Shown: one piece after another, positions 50,092 to 61,087 of the stretch
Layout of the letters: each line of letters begins with the position of its first letter
How positions within the stretch are numbered: position 1 is the first letter of the stretch
Source: an uncultured Candidatus Actinomarinales bacterium
GTDB taxonomy: Bacteria; Actinomycetota; Acidimicrobiia; Actinomarinales; Actinomarinaceae
Reading direction: 5' to 3'
Length of the DNA: 64,000 nt
NCBI GenBank assembly: GCA_943789065.1
Contig: CALSSQ010000001.1
Span: 523,827 to 587,826, forward strand
Notes under the pieces: model-generated
The model's input: the letters and a program-made list of their open reading frames with translations, nothing else
What the model was told of the DNA's origin: nothing
Database searches by the model: none
Translations under genes and position numbers: made by a program

Positions 50092-51108
50092 ATGGATACA
50101 AAAATCATTTATGATGATCAAATTAATCAGGACTTAATAAAGGAAAAGAAAGTTGCAGTAATTGGTTTTGGAAGCCAAGGACACGCTCATGCATTAAATC
50201 TTCACGAATCAGGAGTAGACGTAACTGTTGGGTTAAGAGAAACTTCTGAAACTTTTACAAGAGCGAAAGAAATGGGTCTCAATGTATCCAATGTTGAAGA
50301 TGCTGTCTCAAATTCAGAAGTTGTAATGTTGCTTCTTCCTGATCAATTAATGGCTGATGTTTATAACGAAACAATAGCCCCAGTCATGAAGGAAAATTCA
50401 ACTTTATTTTTTGCGCATGGTTTTAACATTCACTTTAATGAAATAAAACCAAGAGAAGATATTTCAGTTGCTATGGTAGCTCCAAAGGGACCTGGTCACT
50501 TATTAAGAAGAACTTATGAAGAAGGTTCAGGCATGCCCTGCTTAGTAGCAGTAGAAAATGATACTAACGGAAACACACATGAGCTTGCACTCTCATATGC
50601 ATCGGCAATTGGTGGTGGAAGAGCTGGAATTCTAGATACAACTTTTAAAGAAGAAACTGAGACTGATTTATTTGGAGAACAAGTTGTACTTTGTGGTGGC
50701 CTTACTGAATTAATCAAAAATGGATTTGAGACATTAGTTGAAGCTGGATATCAGCCTGAAAGTGCATATTTTGAAACTTTACATGAAGTTAAATTGATTG
50801 TTGACCTTATGTACGAAGGCGGTTTTGAGTGGATGAGACATTCAATTTCGGATACTGCAGAATATGGTGATTTTTCAAGGGGACCACGTATTGTAAATGA
50901 AGATACAAAGAAAGAAATGAAAAAAGTTCTTGAAGAAATTCAATCTGGTTCATTTGCAAAAGAATTTATGGCTCAATCAAGAGAAGGTTCTCCCTTTTTA
51001 AATCAAAAAAGAGAAGAGGCTTCGCAACATCAAATTGAATCGGTTGGTAAAGAGCTTAGATCTATGATGCCATTCTTGAGCGCAAAGGATGTTAAAAAAG
51101 ACAAATGA
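50092..51108 (+). CDS. ilvC: Ketol-acid reductoisomerase.
   Basis: Rossmann motif [13 protein letters not shown]; 338 aa. Confidence 0.9.
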   Translation: MDTKIIYDDQINQDLIKEKKVAVIGFGSQGHAHALNLHESGVDVTVGLRETSETFTRAKEMGLNVSNVEDAVSNSEVVMLLLPDQLMADVYNETIAPVMKENSTLFFAHGFNIHFNEIKPREDISVAMVAPKGPGHLLRRTYEEGSGMPCLVAVENDTNGNTHELALSYASAIGGGRAGILDTTFKEETETDLFGEQVVLCGGLTELIKNGFETLVEAGYQPESAYFETLHEVKLIVDLMYEGGFEWMRHSISDTAEYGDFSRGPRIVNEDTKKEMKKVLEEIQSGSFAKEFMAQSREGSPFLNQKREEASQHQIESVGKELRSMMPFLSAKDVKKDK

Positions 51109-52595
51109 GTGAAGATCAACTTATTATTTTTGACACCACTCTTAGAGATGGTGAACAGAGTCCAGGGATAGCTCTTACTCCCTCTGAAAAATTATTAATT
51201 GCTCAACAATTAGAAAAATTGAAAGTTGATGTCATTGAAGCTGGATTTGCAGCATCATCCCCTGGCGATTGGGATGGTGTGAACTTAATTGCTAAAAATA
51301 TTCAAAATTCAACAATAGCCTCTCTCGCCAGGTGTGTTCCTGATGATATCGAAAAAGCATGGGAAGCTATCAAGGTTGCTAAAAAATCAAGAATTCACGT
51401 CTTTACTTCCACCTCTGATATACACATGGAACATATGCTAAGAAAAACTAAAGAAGAAGTCCTCCATGATGCAAAAGAGTCAGTACGTTATGCAAAAAAT
51501 TTATGTGATGATATTGAATTCTCAGCGCAAGATGCAACACGAACTGATAAAGATTTTCTTATAGAAATACTTAAAGTAGCAGTTGAAGAAGGTGCGACTA
51601 CCATTAATGTTCCCGACACAGTAGGCTACGCCACACCTTCTGATTACTTAGAGCTCCTCAAGGGTGTTTACGATAAAGTTAAAGGTAAAAATGAAGATAT
51701 TATTATTTCTACCCATTGTCACAATGATTTAGGCCTTGCTGTCGCAAACTCTTTAACAGCGATTAAAGCTGGAGCCAGACAGATTGAAGGTGCTATTAAT
51801 GGTATTGGTGAAAGAGCTGGTAATACTTCTACTGAGGAAATAATAATGGCGGTGAAAACTAGACAGGATCAATATGGAGTTGATATTAATGCCGAAACAA
51901 CTGAAATCTTAGAAACCTCAAGACTGGTATCAAAATTAACGGGATATCCAGTTCAATATAATAAAGCAGTAGTTGGGAAGAATGCATTTAGTCATGAATC
52001 TGGAATACATCAACATGGCTATTTAAGAAATAGTATGACATATGAAATTATGACTCCAGATTCTGTTGGTCAAGAGGCAAAAATTATCCTTGGTAAGCAT
52101 TCTGGACGTGCTGGATTTAAAGATGCATTAGACAAATTGAATATAGAATTAGATGAGGAAGCATTTAATTCAAGTTTTGACACTTTCAAGAAGCTAGCTG
52201 ATAGAAAAGGTGAAATTGTTGAAAATGAACTTCGTGCAATTGTGGGACAAGTTGAAACATCTTCTTCAGAGATAAAATTAGTATCAGTTTCCGTAAATAG
52301 CAAAGATCAATATGCATCTGCTAGAGTTACTCTAGATGTTCACGGCAAAGAGTTGACTGAGGAAGCTGAAGGAGATGGAATGATACATGCAGCATTTACA
52401 GCGGTTAAAAAAATATTAGAAACAGATGCGACTCTTATTGATTATAGAGTTGAAAGCATAACCAAAGGAGCTGATGCTACTGCTGAAATCGTAACAATAA
52501 TAAATGACGGTCACAATTTGAAACAAGGTAGGGCAGTATCAACTGATGTTGTACAGGGTTCAGTTGAATCCTTTTTAAATGCTCTTAATAGATAA
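51105..52595 (+). CDS. leuA: 2-isopropylmalate synthase (short form; a citramalate synthase function is not excluded).
   Basis: [16 protein letters not shown]-like N-terminus, HCHND(L)GLAVAN motif, C-terminal LeuA dimerisation domain; 496 aa; context between ilvC and leuB. Confidence 0.7.
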   Translation: MSEDQLIIFDTTLRDGEQSPGIALTPSEKLLIAQQLEKLKVDVIEAGFAASSPGDWDGVNLIAKNIQNSTIASLARCVPDDIEKAWEAIKVAKKSRIHVFTSTSDIHMEHMLRKTKEEVLHDAKESVRYAKNLCDDIEFSAQDATRTDKDFLIEILKVAVEEGATTINVPDTVGYATPSDYLELLKGVYDKVKGKNEDIIISTHCHNDLGLAVANSLTAIKAGARQIEGAINGIGERAGNTSTEEIIMAVKTRQDQYGVDINAETTEILETSRLVSKLTGYPVQYNKAVVGKNAFSHESGIHQHGYLRNSMTYEIMTPDSVGQEAKIILGKHSGRAGFKDALDKLNIELDEEAFNSSFDTFKKLADRKGEIVENELRAIVGQVETSSSEIKLVSVSVNSKDQYASARVTLDVHGKELTEEAEGDGMIHAAFTAVKKILETDATLIDYRVESITKGADATAEIVTIINDGHNLKQGRAVSTDVVQGSVESFLNALNR

Positions 52596-53653
52596 TGAAA
52601 GAATATAATATATCTCTTTTAGCAGGTGATGGGACAGGTCCAGAAGTAGTCAATGAAGCTGTAAAAGTTCTACAAAAAACTCAAGCAGATTATGGAATTA
52701 ATTTTAACTTTACTGTAAATGATCTTGGTGGAGAAAGATATTTAAAGACACAGGAGCTTGTCACTGATAAAGATATCGAAGAACTTGGGAGCAGTGATTC
52801 TATTCTTCTTGGAGCTATAGGACACCCTGATGTAAAGCCTGGAATATTAGAACAAGGAATCTTATTAAAGCTAAGAAAAGAATTTGATCAGTACATAAAT
52901 TTGCGTCCAGTTGTCTTATATCCGGGAGTCGAGACTCCCCTAGCGAATAAAAAACCTGAAGATATAAATTTTACTGTAGTCCGTGAGAACACTGAAGGCC
53001 TCTATGCTGGAGCTGGAGGATATATCCATTATGGTACAGAGAGTGAAGTTGCTACTCAGGAGTCAATAAACACATACAAAGCTATCCACCGATGCATTTT
53101 ATATGCCTTTGAGTATGCCAAAAATAACAATAGAAAGAAAATTACTCTATGTGCAAAAACCAACGTTTTGACATATGCACATGATTTGTGGGAGCGGATA
53201 TTTTACGATATTGCAAAAGATTACCCTGAAATAGAAACAGATTATGGACATGTTGATGCAGTTTGTATGTGGATGGTAAAAAATCCAGAATGGTTTGACG
53301 TTATAGTTACCGATAATATGTTTGGAGACATCATTACTGATTTAGGAGCAATGATCCAGGGTGGGATGGGAATAGCTGCTGGAGGTAATATTAATCCAGA
53401 GGGCGTATCTATGTTTGAACCTATTGGTGGCTCTGCACCTAAATATACAGGTAAAAATATTATCAATCCCCTTGCTTGCATTGCAGCTGCTTCAATGATG
53501 GTCACTCAATTAGGTGAATCTGATTATGGTCAAGCTATCGAAGATGCAATAATTGCTACAGCACAAAACTTAGACTCTCTTTCAGCTGGAAAAATGGGTC
53601 TTACAACTTCTGAAGTTGGAGATGCTGTACTGGAATCAATAAAAAACAAATAG
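52595..53653 (+). CDS. leuB: 3-isopropylmalate dehydrogenase.
   Basis: Isocitrate/isopropylmalate dehydrogenase motifs (NMFGDIITD, GSAPKYTGKN); 352 aa. Confidence 0.85.
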   Translation: MKEYNISLLAGDGTGPEVVNEAVKVLQKTQADYGINFNFTVNDLGGERYLKTQELVTDKDIEELGSSDSILLGAIGHPDVKPGILEQGILLKLRKEFDQYINLRPVVLYPGVETPLANKKPEDINFTVVRENTEGLYAGAGGYIHYGTESEVATQESINTYKAIHRCILYAFEYAKNNNRKKITLCAKTNVLTYAHDLWERIFYDIAKDYPEIETDYGHVDAVCMWMVKNPEWFDVIVTDNMFGDIITDLGAMIQGGMGIAAGGNINPEGVSMFEPIGGSAPKYTGKNIINPLACIAAASMMVTQLGESDYGQAIEDAIIATAQNLDSLSAGKMGLTTSEVGDAVLESIKNK

Positions 53654-53655
53654 CC

Positions 53656-54258
53656 ATGGTCAGTGAAGAAACTACTCTTCAATCCTTATTAAGAAACCGT
53701 AAAATTGTTAGAAACTATAAAGAAAGTAAATTAGAATTTCCCCAACTCTCAGAAGTTGCAGAACATGCAATTAAAATACCGACTGCAGGTTTTTCCAGAG
53801 GAATAGAAATAGTTCATATTTCAGAAAAAGAAAATATTATTACTATTGCAAAATATTCAAATGAAGATTCCTATGTTGCCAAAGGATTCGAAAAATGGAT
53901 TTCAAAATCACTTTCTCTGTTTTTAATAATTATAAATACTGAGGCTTATCACGATAGATACAGACAGTTAGACAAAAAGCATGCAACAAATTCAGAAGAC
54001 TGGTCAATACCTTACTGGTTTGTTGATGCTGGAGCGTCAATGATGAATTGTATGTTACTCATTGAAGAAATTGGACTTAAGAGTGGGTTCTTGGGTTCCC
54101 ATAATATGGATATAGATAATATTAAAAATCACCTCTCTATACCAGATGATTACTTAATATTAGGTTTTGTAACTGCTGGAGTAGAAAAATCAGCCAATGT
54201 TAAAAAAAAGAATACAACAAGGAAAAAATTAATACATAATGAATATTTCACCAAATAA
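53656..54258 (+). CDS. Nitroreductase-family protein.
   Basis: N-terminal RNRKIVRNY-type FMN-binding region and overall nitroreductase-like profile; 200 aa. Confidence 0.5.
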   Translation: MVSEETTLQSLLRNRKIVRNYKESKLEFPQLSEVAEHAIKIPTAGFSRGIEIVHISEKENIITIAKYSNEDSYVAKGFEKWISKSLSLFLIIINTEAYHDRYRQLDKKHATNSEDWSIPYWFVDAGASMMNCMLLIEEIGLKSGFLGSHNMDIDNIKNHLSIPDDYLILGFVTAGVEKSANVKKKNTTRKKLIHNEYFTK

Positions 54259-55033
54259 ATCCATCAGTTCTTTGACTAATCCAGAATTGAAATTTTTAAT
54301 CTCGCTTACCAAAAATAAAAATAGAAAATCAGAGAATAAATCTTTAGCAGAAGGTTACAGAGAGAATAGGTCACTAATCTCATCTGACTACGAAATAGAT
54401 ACGCTTTACATATGTGAAGAATTGTTTATTGGAGAAAACAACTATGACTTGATAAGTCTGTTTAATAAAAAGAATGTTCGCATTGTAACCCTTACTAAAA
54501 GGGTCTTCGAAGCAGTTTCCTATCGAGACAGACCTGATGGCATAATTTCTTTATTTATTCAGAAAAATTTAATGGTTAGCGAAGATGCAGTCGAAGGACC
54601 AATTTTGATTGCAGATCAAATTGAGAAGCCTGGAAACTTAGGAACTATGATAAGAACTGCCAAGTCTTTAGGCATAGAGAATATATTTTGTAGTGATGAA
54701 ATTACTGATTTTTATAATCCAAATGTTGTCAGAGCCTCAATTGGTCACATGTTCACACTAAATTTACTGAGCGATAGCACAGAAAATATAATTAAACTTC
54801 TTAAAAAACATAATTATCAAATTATTTTAATGGATCCAGATTCAGAAAAACTTATTAATAATTTCCAACCCGAAAATAATTTCGCATTGGTTATTGGCTC
54901 TGAGCAATATGGTATTTCCAAAAAATGGCATGAGACTGAATGTACCAAACTTAAAATAGATTCGTTGAACGACGTAGATTCCATAAATGCGTCAACTGCT
55001 GCCGCAATTTCAATGTGGGAGTTACTAAAATAA
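54239..55033 (+). CDS. TrmH/SpoU-family RNA 2'-O-methyltransferase.
   Basis: SPOUT motifs LIADQIEKPGNLGTMIRTA and LVIGSEQYGIS. Confidence 0.75.
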   Translation: MNISPNKSISSLTNPELKFLISLTKNKNRKSENKSLAEGYRENRSLISSDYEIDTLYICEELFIGENNYDLISLFNKKNVRIVTLTKRVFEAVSYRDRPDGIISLFIQKNLMVSEDAVEGPILIADQIEKPGNLGTMIRTAKSLGIENIFCSDEITDFYNPNVVRASIGHMFTLNLLSDSTENIIKLLKKHNYQIILMDPDSEKLINNFQPENNFALVIGSEQYGISKKWHETECTKLKIDSLNDVDSINASTAAAISMWELLK

Positions 55034-55530
55034 GAAATATGGATAATTCCATTTGCATACTTGACATAGAGACTACTGGATTTGAACCAGGTGAAGCTGA
55101 AATTATTGAACTATTTATTTTAAAGATTGTAAATGAAGAAATTATTGATGAGTTTTATTCACTTTTTAAACCTACTATTTCAATTAAAAATTCGCACATT
55201 CATGGTATTACTGATGAGAAAGTTGAGAATTCACCATCTATTGAGGACAGATCTAGCGACATCTTAAGCTTTATTGAAAAATCTGTATTACTTGGACACA
55301 ACATAGACAATTTTGATTTAAAGTTCTTGAACTATTTTTTAAAAGAAGAACTTCCAAACCAAACAATTGATACTTTAAATATCAGTAGGTCGAAACTTGG
55401 AAATAAAGTTAAAAATCATAAATTAATAACATTAGCTGAGTACTTCGATGTAGTTAGCCCAACTCATACTGCTAGAGACGATGTAATGACAACTTTTGAG
55501 GTTTATAAAAAACTATCCTCAATACAATAA
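55015..55530 (+). CDS. DEDDh 3'-5' exonuclease (DnaQ/epsilon-like).
   Basis: Exo I ILDIETTG, Exo II LLGHNIDNFDLKFL, Exo III HTARDDV. Confidence 0.75.
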   Translation: MGVTKIRNMDNSICILDIETTGFEPGEAEIIELFILKIVNEEIIDEFYSLFKPTISIKNSHIHGITDEKVENSPSIEDRSSDILSFIEKSVLLGHNIDNFDLKFLNYFLKEELPNQTIDTLNISRSKLGNKVKNHKLITLAEYFDVVSPTHTARDDVMTTFEVYKKLSSIQ

Positions 55531-56131
55531 TCTTGTGAGTATAAATTACCTAAATGTAAAAAACCTAACACTTGGTTACGGAAATAATATTGTTATAAAT
55601 AATATTAGTTTGTCACTTAAGAGCAATAAAAACTATCAAATAATTGGTGGTAACGGAGTAGGTAAATCTACACTATTAGGTTTTATTTCAAACAATTTTC
55701 AGGGAAATACGTTCAATTCAATTATCGAGTCTGAGCAAATGCGAATATTAGAAATTTCCAATGAACCAACATTAAATTTAAACTTATCTTTGCTGGAAAA
55801 CTGTTTTTATTTTACTCAAGAAGCAATGCAAGAAGATAAAATTCAAAAACTCCTTAAAGAGTATGGGATGCACAGCTTCATGCATGATTTAGTTAAAAAT
55901 TTTTCAAGTGGAATGGTGAAGCGTTCGGAGCTTGCCATAGCTAATATGATCGATCCAGAAATACTATGTATTGATGAACCGTTAAATTATCTAGACAAAG
56001 AGGGAGTAGAGCTTTTAACGAAACTTCTAAAAAGCAGATTCGAAGCAAATAAAAGCAATATTATAGCCTCTCAAGATTCATTAAATATTTTTGAAGATAA
56101 CTATGAAATGATTGATTTGAATGTTTATTAA
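55496..56131 (+). CDS. ccmA: Heme exporter ATP-binding protein CcmA (ABC ATPase).
   Basis: Walker A GGNGVGKST, degenerate signature FSSGMVKRSELA, Walker B ILCIDEP. The likely true start is the GTG near 55535 (VSINYLNVKNLTLGYG). Confidence 0.7.
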   Translation: MRFIKNYPQYNNLVSINYLNVKNLTLGYGNNIVINNISLSLKSNKNYQIIGGNGVGKSTLLGFISNNFQGNTFNSIIESEQMRILEISNEPTLNLNLSLLENCFYFTQEAMQEDKIQKLLKEYGMHSFMHDLVKNFSSGMVKRSELAIANMIDPEILCIDEPLNYLDKEGVELLTKLLKSRFEANKSNIIASQDSLNIFEDNYEMIDLNVY

Positions 56132-56762
56132 TAATTTTTTAATTAAGAAGGAACTTTTAGATGAATATAGAAACAATACATCTTTATTTTTAATAACTCC
56201 AACTATTGTTGTTTTAGTTTTAGTTTTTCCTATTTTATCTGAGAACAGATTTGTCGTTGATGATGACTTCTTCATAATCAATCAATTATTGTTTTTGCTA
56301 TTTTTCACCACATTATTTTCTATAAGAAATCCCCTTAACCAAGCTAAGCTTCGTCGGGAATTAAATTTTGCAAATATAGAGCGACATTATTTTTTCAGAT
56401 GTAAAACAATTTCAGAATTCATAATATATTTCCCACAAGCACTGATCTTATTAGCTTTATTTTCATTGTTTACAAACACAGGTATAAAAAGTAACCCCAT
56501 CTACTTTGTAGTCTCTATTGTTTTCTTTTCAGTAAATTCAATAATGATAAATATAATTTTTCAAATGTTTACAGCTTTTAGTAATAGATTTGTTCAATTC
56601 ATACTGATGGTGCCTGTTTTTATGTCATTATCTTTCTTTGTTGCCCCGATCTGGTTAGGTATAAATCCAAATTTAACTAATATTTACTTAGTGATGTATT
56701 TAGGAATTACTTTATTAATTTCTGCCTACACTAACTGGGTTTTACAGAAAGATTTGAAATGA
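56121..56762 (+). CDS. ccmB: Heme exporter membrane protein CcmB.
   Basis: Six-transmembrane-segment protein of 213 aa between ccmA and ccmC; assignment mainly by position and topology. Confidence 0.6.
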   Translation: MFINNFLIKKELLDEYRNNTSLFLITPTIVVLVLVFPILSENRFVVDDDFFIINQLLFLLFFTTLFSIRNPLNQAKLRRELNFANIERHYFFRCKTISEFIIYFPQALILLALFSLFTNTGIKSNPIYFVVSIVFFSVNSIMINIIFQMFTAFSNRFVQFILMVPVFMSLSFFVAPIWLGINPNLTNIYLVMYLGITLLISAYTNWVLQKDLK

Positions 56763-57427
56763 TATTTTATGGCTCTTTAATATTATGGGCTCTCACAGTA
56801 GCTTTTGGTCCATATGATGTAACTCAAGGTATTTCATCTAAGCTTCTTTATGTGCACGTACCTACTGTTTGGATAGCATATTTAGGCTACTCACTCACTT
56901 TTGTATACTCGTTACTGTATCTAGTTAAAAAAGATCATAAATATGATGTACTAGCCTCTTCGAATGCAAAATCAGGAGTTTTATTTACAGTAACCACCTT
57001 GATTGCCGGTTCAGCTTGGGGAAAAGCAACATGGGGTACTTGGTGGGTTTGGGGAGATGCAAGATTAAATTTAACAGCAATACTATTACTTGTATATTTA
57101 GGTTATTTAGCTTCTCGCAAATTCACTGATGACCTTGGTAAAACATCAAGAAACTCGGCTTTCATTGGTATATTTGGAATCATTCAGCTTCCAATATTAC
57201 ATTTTAGTGTAATTTGGTGGAGGTCAGTTCACCAACAAGCATCTATTTTAAGTCAAGAGGCTGTTTCTACAGGAAGCGCTCCAATGTCATCAGATATTCT
57301 CACTACGCTACTTATTTCAGTACTTTTAGTCACATTATTACACTTCTCAATTTTAAAAAGATTTAAAATTGCAGCCGACACTTTATGGAATGATTACCTG
57401 AATCCAAAGAACAGAGTTAAAATCTAA
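56759..57427 (+). CDS. ccmC: Heme exporter protein CcmC.
   Basis: WWD domain GSAWGKATWGTWWVWGDARLNL. Confidence 0.9.
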   Translation: MIFYGSLILWALTVAFGPYDVTQGISSKLLYVHVPTVWIAYLGYSLTFVYSLLYLVKKDHKYDVLASSNAKSGVLFTVTTLIAGSAWGKATWGTWWVWGDARLNLTAILLLVYLGYLASRKFTDDLGKTSRNSAFIGIFGIIQLPILHFSVIWWRSVHQQASILSQEAVSTGSAPMSSDILTTLLISVLLVTLLHFSILKRFKIAADTLWNDYLNPKNRVKI

Positions 57428-57431
57428 TCAG

Positions 57432-57839
57432 GTGAACAAAAATTTTATATTAATTCTATTAGGAATATCATTAATAACTTATTCGAGTATTCAAATAGCC
57501 TCGAATAATACTATTTTTTACTACACAACAAGTGAAGCATTTGAAAACATTGATGTTTCTCAATCTGAGAGAATAAAACTTGGAGGGTTCGTAGAGGTTA
57601 ATTCAGTATCAAAAACACCTAATGCCGAGACAAAGTTTACGATAACCGATGGAAATAAAAAAGTTGGTATAGTTTTTGATGGATTTATACCAGAACTTTT
57701 TCAAGAAGAAATGGGAGTAATCCTTGATGGATACTTCATAAATCAGGTTTTTTATTCTGATGATATGTTGGTGAAACATGACAATGAATACATTTCTGAA
57801 GATGGCCAGAGTTATGATGTTGAAAATTATTCAGAATGA
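57432..57839 (+). CDS. ccmE: Cytochrome c-type biogenesis heme chaperone CcmE.
   Basis: N-terminal transmembrane segment, RIKLGGFV, and heme-binding region LVKHDNEYISED (the H of the HDxxY motif). Confidence 0.85.
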   Translation: MNKNFILILLGISLITYSSIQIASNNTIFYYTTSEAFENIDVSQSERIKLGGFVEVNSVSKTPNAETKFTITDGNKKVGIVFDGFIPELFQEEMGVILDGYFINQVFYSDDMLVKHDNEYISEDGQSYDVENYSE

Positions 57840-59728
57840 TTTCTAGTATAGGCCTTATCATAAGCTGGTTATGCTTACTAAATCTTATAATTCTTTTAGT
57901 ATCAGACGACAAATTTCGTATTCAGTTATTAATAAGATTAAATCTACTCTTAAACTTTTTGCTATTTTGTATCTTAGAGATTGCATTGTTTATTGATGAT
58001 TTTTCTATAAGTTATGTAGCCAATTATTCCGCAAAGAGTACACCTCCCGTTTACAAATTTGCTTCTTTATGGGGTTCCTTAGATGGCTCCATTCTCCTGT
58101 GGAATCTAGTTCTTGGAGCCTATTTTTTGATATACATAAAATATTATAAAAAAACTACCAATAGTGCAGACATTAAAATATTTACAACAATCATCATCTT
58201 TTTTACAAGCTACACGATATTTAGTTCGTCTCCATTTGCAGGTTGTATTGAATTAGCTTCAGTAGGTTGTCAGTCTTCATCACTACTGCCCTTTCAAGAT
58301 CTAGTTTCTTCACTGGAAGGAAGAGGTCCTAACCCACTTCTACAGAATCATCCCCTGATGGCAATTCACCCACCAATTTTATATTTTGGATATATCGGCT
58401 TAGTTTTGCCTTTTGTAATTACTACAAGTTATTTTTTTAGAAAAGATACTTCAAGTAATTGGGTCCAACTAGCCTCTAACTCAACTTTTTATCCATGGTT
58501 ATTCTTAACTGCTGGAATAACACTTGGTGCAGCTTGGTCATATGAAGTGCTGGGATGGGGTGGATATTGGGCTTGGGATCCAGTAGAAAATGTTTCTTTC
58601 ATTCCGTGGCTTCTTGCTACCGCCTTTCTTCACTCTTCTAAGACACAGATAAATGAATCTACTCTCTTAAATTGGAATTACTTCCTTGGTGGTTTAATGT
58701 TTTTATCAACAATATTTGGTACATTTATTACTCGCTCAGGAGTATTGATTTCGGTTCATGCTTTTTCTAATGGAAATATAGGTGTTTTCCTTCTTTCTGG
58801 ATTAGCCTTTTTTACATTATTTTTTGTATACTCCGGATCTAAAAATATTAAATATTTTGCAACATCAAAAAAAATTAAATATATTTTTGGAAAATCTTCA
58901 TTTTTTATAGCTAATAACATCCTACTTTTTGTGTCTGCATTAATTGTTTTTATTGGAACCATTTATCCGATATTTTATGAAACTTTGTATCAAAGACAGC
59001 TGACGATTGGAAGAACCTTTTTTGATATCTTAATTGGTCCTATTTTAATTATGTTAATTTTTCTAATGATATTCTCGACAAAAATTACCGTAAAGAATAT
59101 TAACTTTAATAAGTGGCTCCAAACTAATCTTAAAATTATCAACTCATCATTAATATTGACTATTTTCTTCTCTTATGTATACCAACTAAATTATTTAAGT
59201 ATATTGACTCTGTTTGGATCAACTATGCTTGTTATCACAATTCTTTTAAATCTCGTTCAAAAGAAAACATTACATAAGATTAAGGGTTCTTACTGGTCCG
59301 GACAAATTGCACATTTAGGGATTGGTCTTTTTGCTGTAGGTTTATTACTAAATGTAAGTCAAAGCTACTCTGACGAATTTATAACTAGTGAAGGTTCAAT
59401 AATAACTTTCGGAAATAATAATTACATGATTGAAAAATCCTATGAGGTTAGAAGAGATGAAAAAGATGTTATAAATTTACCAATAAAGTCTAATGATAAA
59501 TATAAAAATGCATCTTTGAATATATTTAGAAATTCATCTCAACAGGCAATAAGTTCGCCAGCAATATTTCGCGATTTAGAATCTGACACGTACGTGACTA
59601 TTAAATTTATTGATGCGAATAACTATAAATTAATATTTAGAAAAAATTATGGAATATTAATTATGTGGATGGGGTTAGCTCTAAGCACTCTCTCTGTAAT
59701 TCCAAGAATTAGGGCAAATGAAAAATAG
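57836..59728 (+). CDS. ccmF: Cytochrome c-type biogenesis protein CcmF (heme lyase).
   Basis: WWD domain GWGGYWAWDPVENVSFIPWL, multiple transmembrane segments with conserved histidines; 630 aa. Confidence 0.9.
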   Translation: MISSIGLIISWLCLLNLIILLVSDDKFRIQLLIRLNLLLNFLLFCILEIALFIDDFSISYVANYSAKSTPPVYKFASLWGSLDGSILLWNLVLGAYFLIYIKYYKKTTNSADIKIFTTIIIFFTSYTIFSSSPFAGCIELASVGCQSSSLLPFQDLVSSLEGRGPNPLLQNHPLMAIHPPILYFGYIGLVLPFVITTSYFFRKDTSSNWVQLASNSTFYPWLFLTAGITLGAAWSYEVLGWGGYWAWDPVENVSFIPWLLATAFLHSSKTQINESTLLNWNYFLGGLMFLSTIFGTFITRSGVLISVHAFSNGNIGVFLLSGLAFFTLFFVYSGSKNIKYFATSKKIKYIFGKSSFFIANNILLFVSALIVFIGTIYPIFYETLYQRQLTIGRTFFDILIGPILIMLIFLMIFSTKITVKNINFNKWLQTNLKIINSSLILTIFFSYVYQLNYLSILTLFGSTMLVITILLNLVQKKTLHKIKGSYWSGQIAHLGIGLFAVGLLLNVSQSYSDEFITSEGSIITFGNNNYMIEKSYEVRRDEKDVINLPIKSNDKYKNASLNIFRNSSQQAISSPAIFRDLESDTYVTIKFIDANNYKLIFRKNYGILIMWMGLALSTLSVIPRIRANEK

Positions 59729-60071
59729 ATACACTCTTGGAATACTATTGATAGTTTTGCTGCTACTTCCAAATCTTTATGAAGATGCTGACTCAAGGTT
59801 CGAGTCTTGGAGTAAAAATTTACTATGCCCAGTATGCCAAGGTGAGACTATTTTTGACTCTCCATCGGAATATGCAGATGATATGCGATCAATCCTAAGG
59901 GAACAAATAGATAAAAATTTATCGGATGATGAAATCTATACTTACTGGGTATCAAGATTTGGTGAAAGAATAATTACCAATCCTCAAAACAGAAATTTTG
60001 AAATAATTCTTATACCCCTAATATTATCAATATTTTTTATAGCTATCTTTATAAAGAAGGTTCTTAAATGA
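59718..60071 (+). CDS. ccmH: Cytochrome c-type biogenesis protein CcmH.
   Basis: LLCPVCQG (L-R-C-x-x-C-type) motif, conserved SDDEI...W...FGE region, C-terminal transmembrane segment. Confidence 0.8.
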   Translation: MKNRYTLGILLIVLLLLPNLYEDADSRFESWSKNLLCPVCQGETIFDSPSEYADDMRSILREQIDKNLSDDEIYTYWVSRFGERIITNPQNRNFEIILIPLILSIFFIAIFIKKVLK

Positions 60072-60598
60072 ACAAATGGGTATTTTCGTTAGTAGCGACC
60101 TTCGGTGTCTTTTTAATAATATTTATAAATCTAAACAACAATTCAGAATCATCAATTAGAACAAACACTGAACTTGATAATGTTACGAATGAAGAAATGG
60201 AAATTGTTGTAGCAGATAATCCTGATATATTTGCTATGAGGATTGCTTTAGCAAATAGGTATTTTGATGAAGTTAACTATTCAAAAGCCCTACCCCACTT
60301 TATGTATGTCGCTGAAAATAGTGATGAGATTGAACTCAAAAGTTATGCTCTAGCCCAAATAGGTTGGATGGTCTACGAGTCAGGAAATAAAGAAGTTGCT
60401 ATAAATTACTTCGATGAATCTCTGTCTATTAATCCCAATTCTTTAATCTCTAAATCTTATCTTGGCGTTCTCTATCTTCAGCAAGCAGAAACAGAAGACC
60501 TGGGAATGAAGTTAATTACCGATCTACTTCTGCTCGATTCTCTAAGTGATGAAGATAGAAATTTTTTAAAAGAGATAGTATCAACCTATGAAAATTAA
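60068..60598 (+). CDS. ccmI: CcmI/CycH-like TPR protein.
   Basis: N-terminal transmembrane segment followed by TPR-like repeats; position after ccmH. Confidence 0.55.
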   Translation: MNKWVFSLVATFGVFLIIFINLNNNSESSIRTNTELDNVTNEEMEIVVADNPDIFAMRIALANRYFDEVNYSKALPHFMYVAENSDEIELKSYALAQIGWMVYESGNKEVAINYFDESLSINPNSLISKSYLGVLYLQQAETEDLGMKLITDLLLLDSLSDEDRNFLKEIVSTYEN

Positions 60599-61064
60599 AT
60601 TTTTAATCTTTTTTTTACTACTTACTTTTTGCTCCAAGTCAGAAATTACATCAGAAAGTATTGAAATCCAGGATTTTCAAATTCAAGAACTTACCTATTT
60701 AGAATCAAATAAAAATGCTGTGTTAGATAGTGAATTTTTAATTATTAACTACTGGGCATCTTGGTGTTTGGAGTGTATTGAAGAACATGATCTAATAATT
60801 TCACTTAACGAGATTAAATCTTTTGAGGGAAAGGTAGTGCTAATTAGTTTTCAAGATAATACTTCTAACTCAAAGGAATTCCTTAGTAAATATGGATATG
60901 GCAATTTAATTTATTTAACTGATGTTAAAAGTAAGTTTGCCATTAATTCTGGTGTGTTTGGGGTTCCTGAAACACATATCATTCAAAATGGAGTGATTAT
61001 CAGAAAGTATCTAGGACCACTATCTTTTGGGGATGTTGAAGAAATAATATTTTTATATTCATAA
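60588..61064 (+). CDS. ccmG: Thiol:disulfide interchange protein CcmG/DsbE (TlpA-like thioredoxin).
   Basis: WASWCLEC active site and downstream GVFGVPETHII (CcmG GVYGAPETF-type motif). Confidence 0.8.
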   Translation: MKIKFLIFFLLLTFCSKSEITSESIEIQDFQIQELTYLESNKNAVLDSEFLIINYWASWCLECIEEHDLIISLNEIKSFEGKVVLISFQDNTSNSKEFLSKYGYGNLIYLTDVKSKFAINSGVFGVPETHIIQNGVIIRKYLGPLSFGDVEEIIFLYS

Positions 61065-61087
61065 GTAATAAATATTTGACTAGAGTT

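Noticed and set aside
55496-61064. ccm cluster as a recently acquired genomic island.
   Set aside because: There is no integrase, transposase, flanking direct repeats or compositional shift. The adjacent tRNA-like gene is rnpB, not an integration-target tRNA. Ancient acquisition or vertical inheritance cannot be distinguished from sequence alone.
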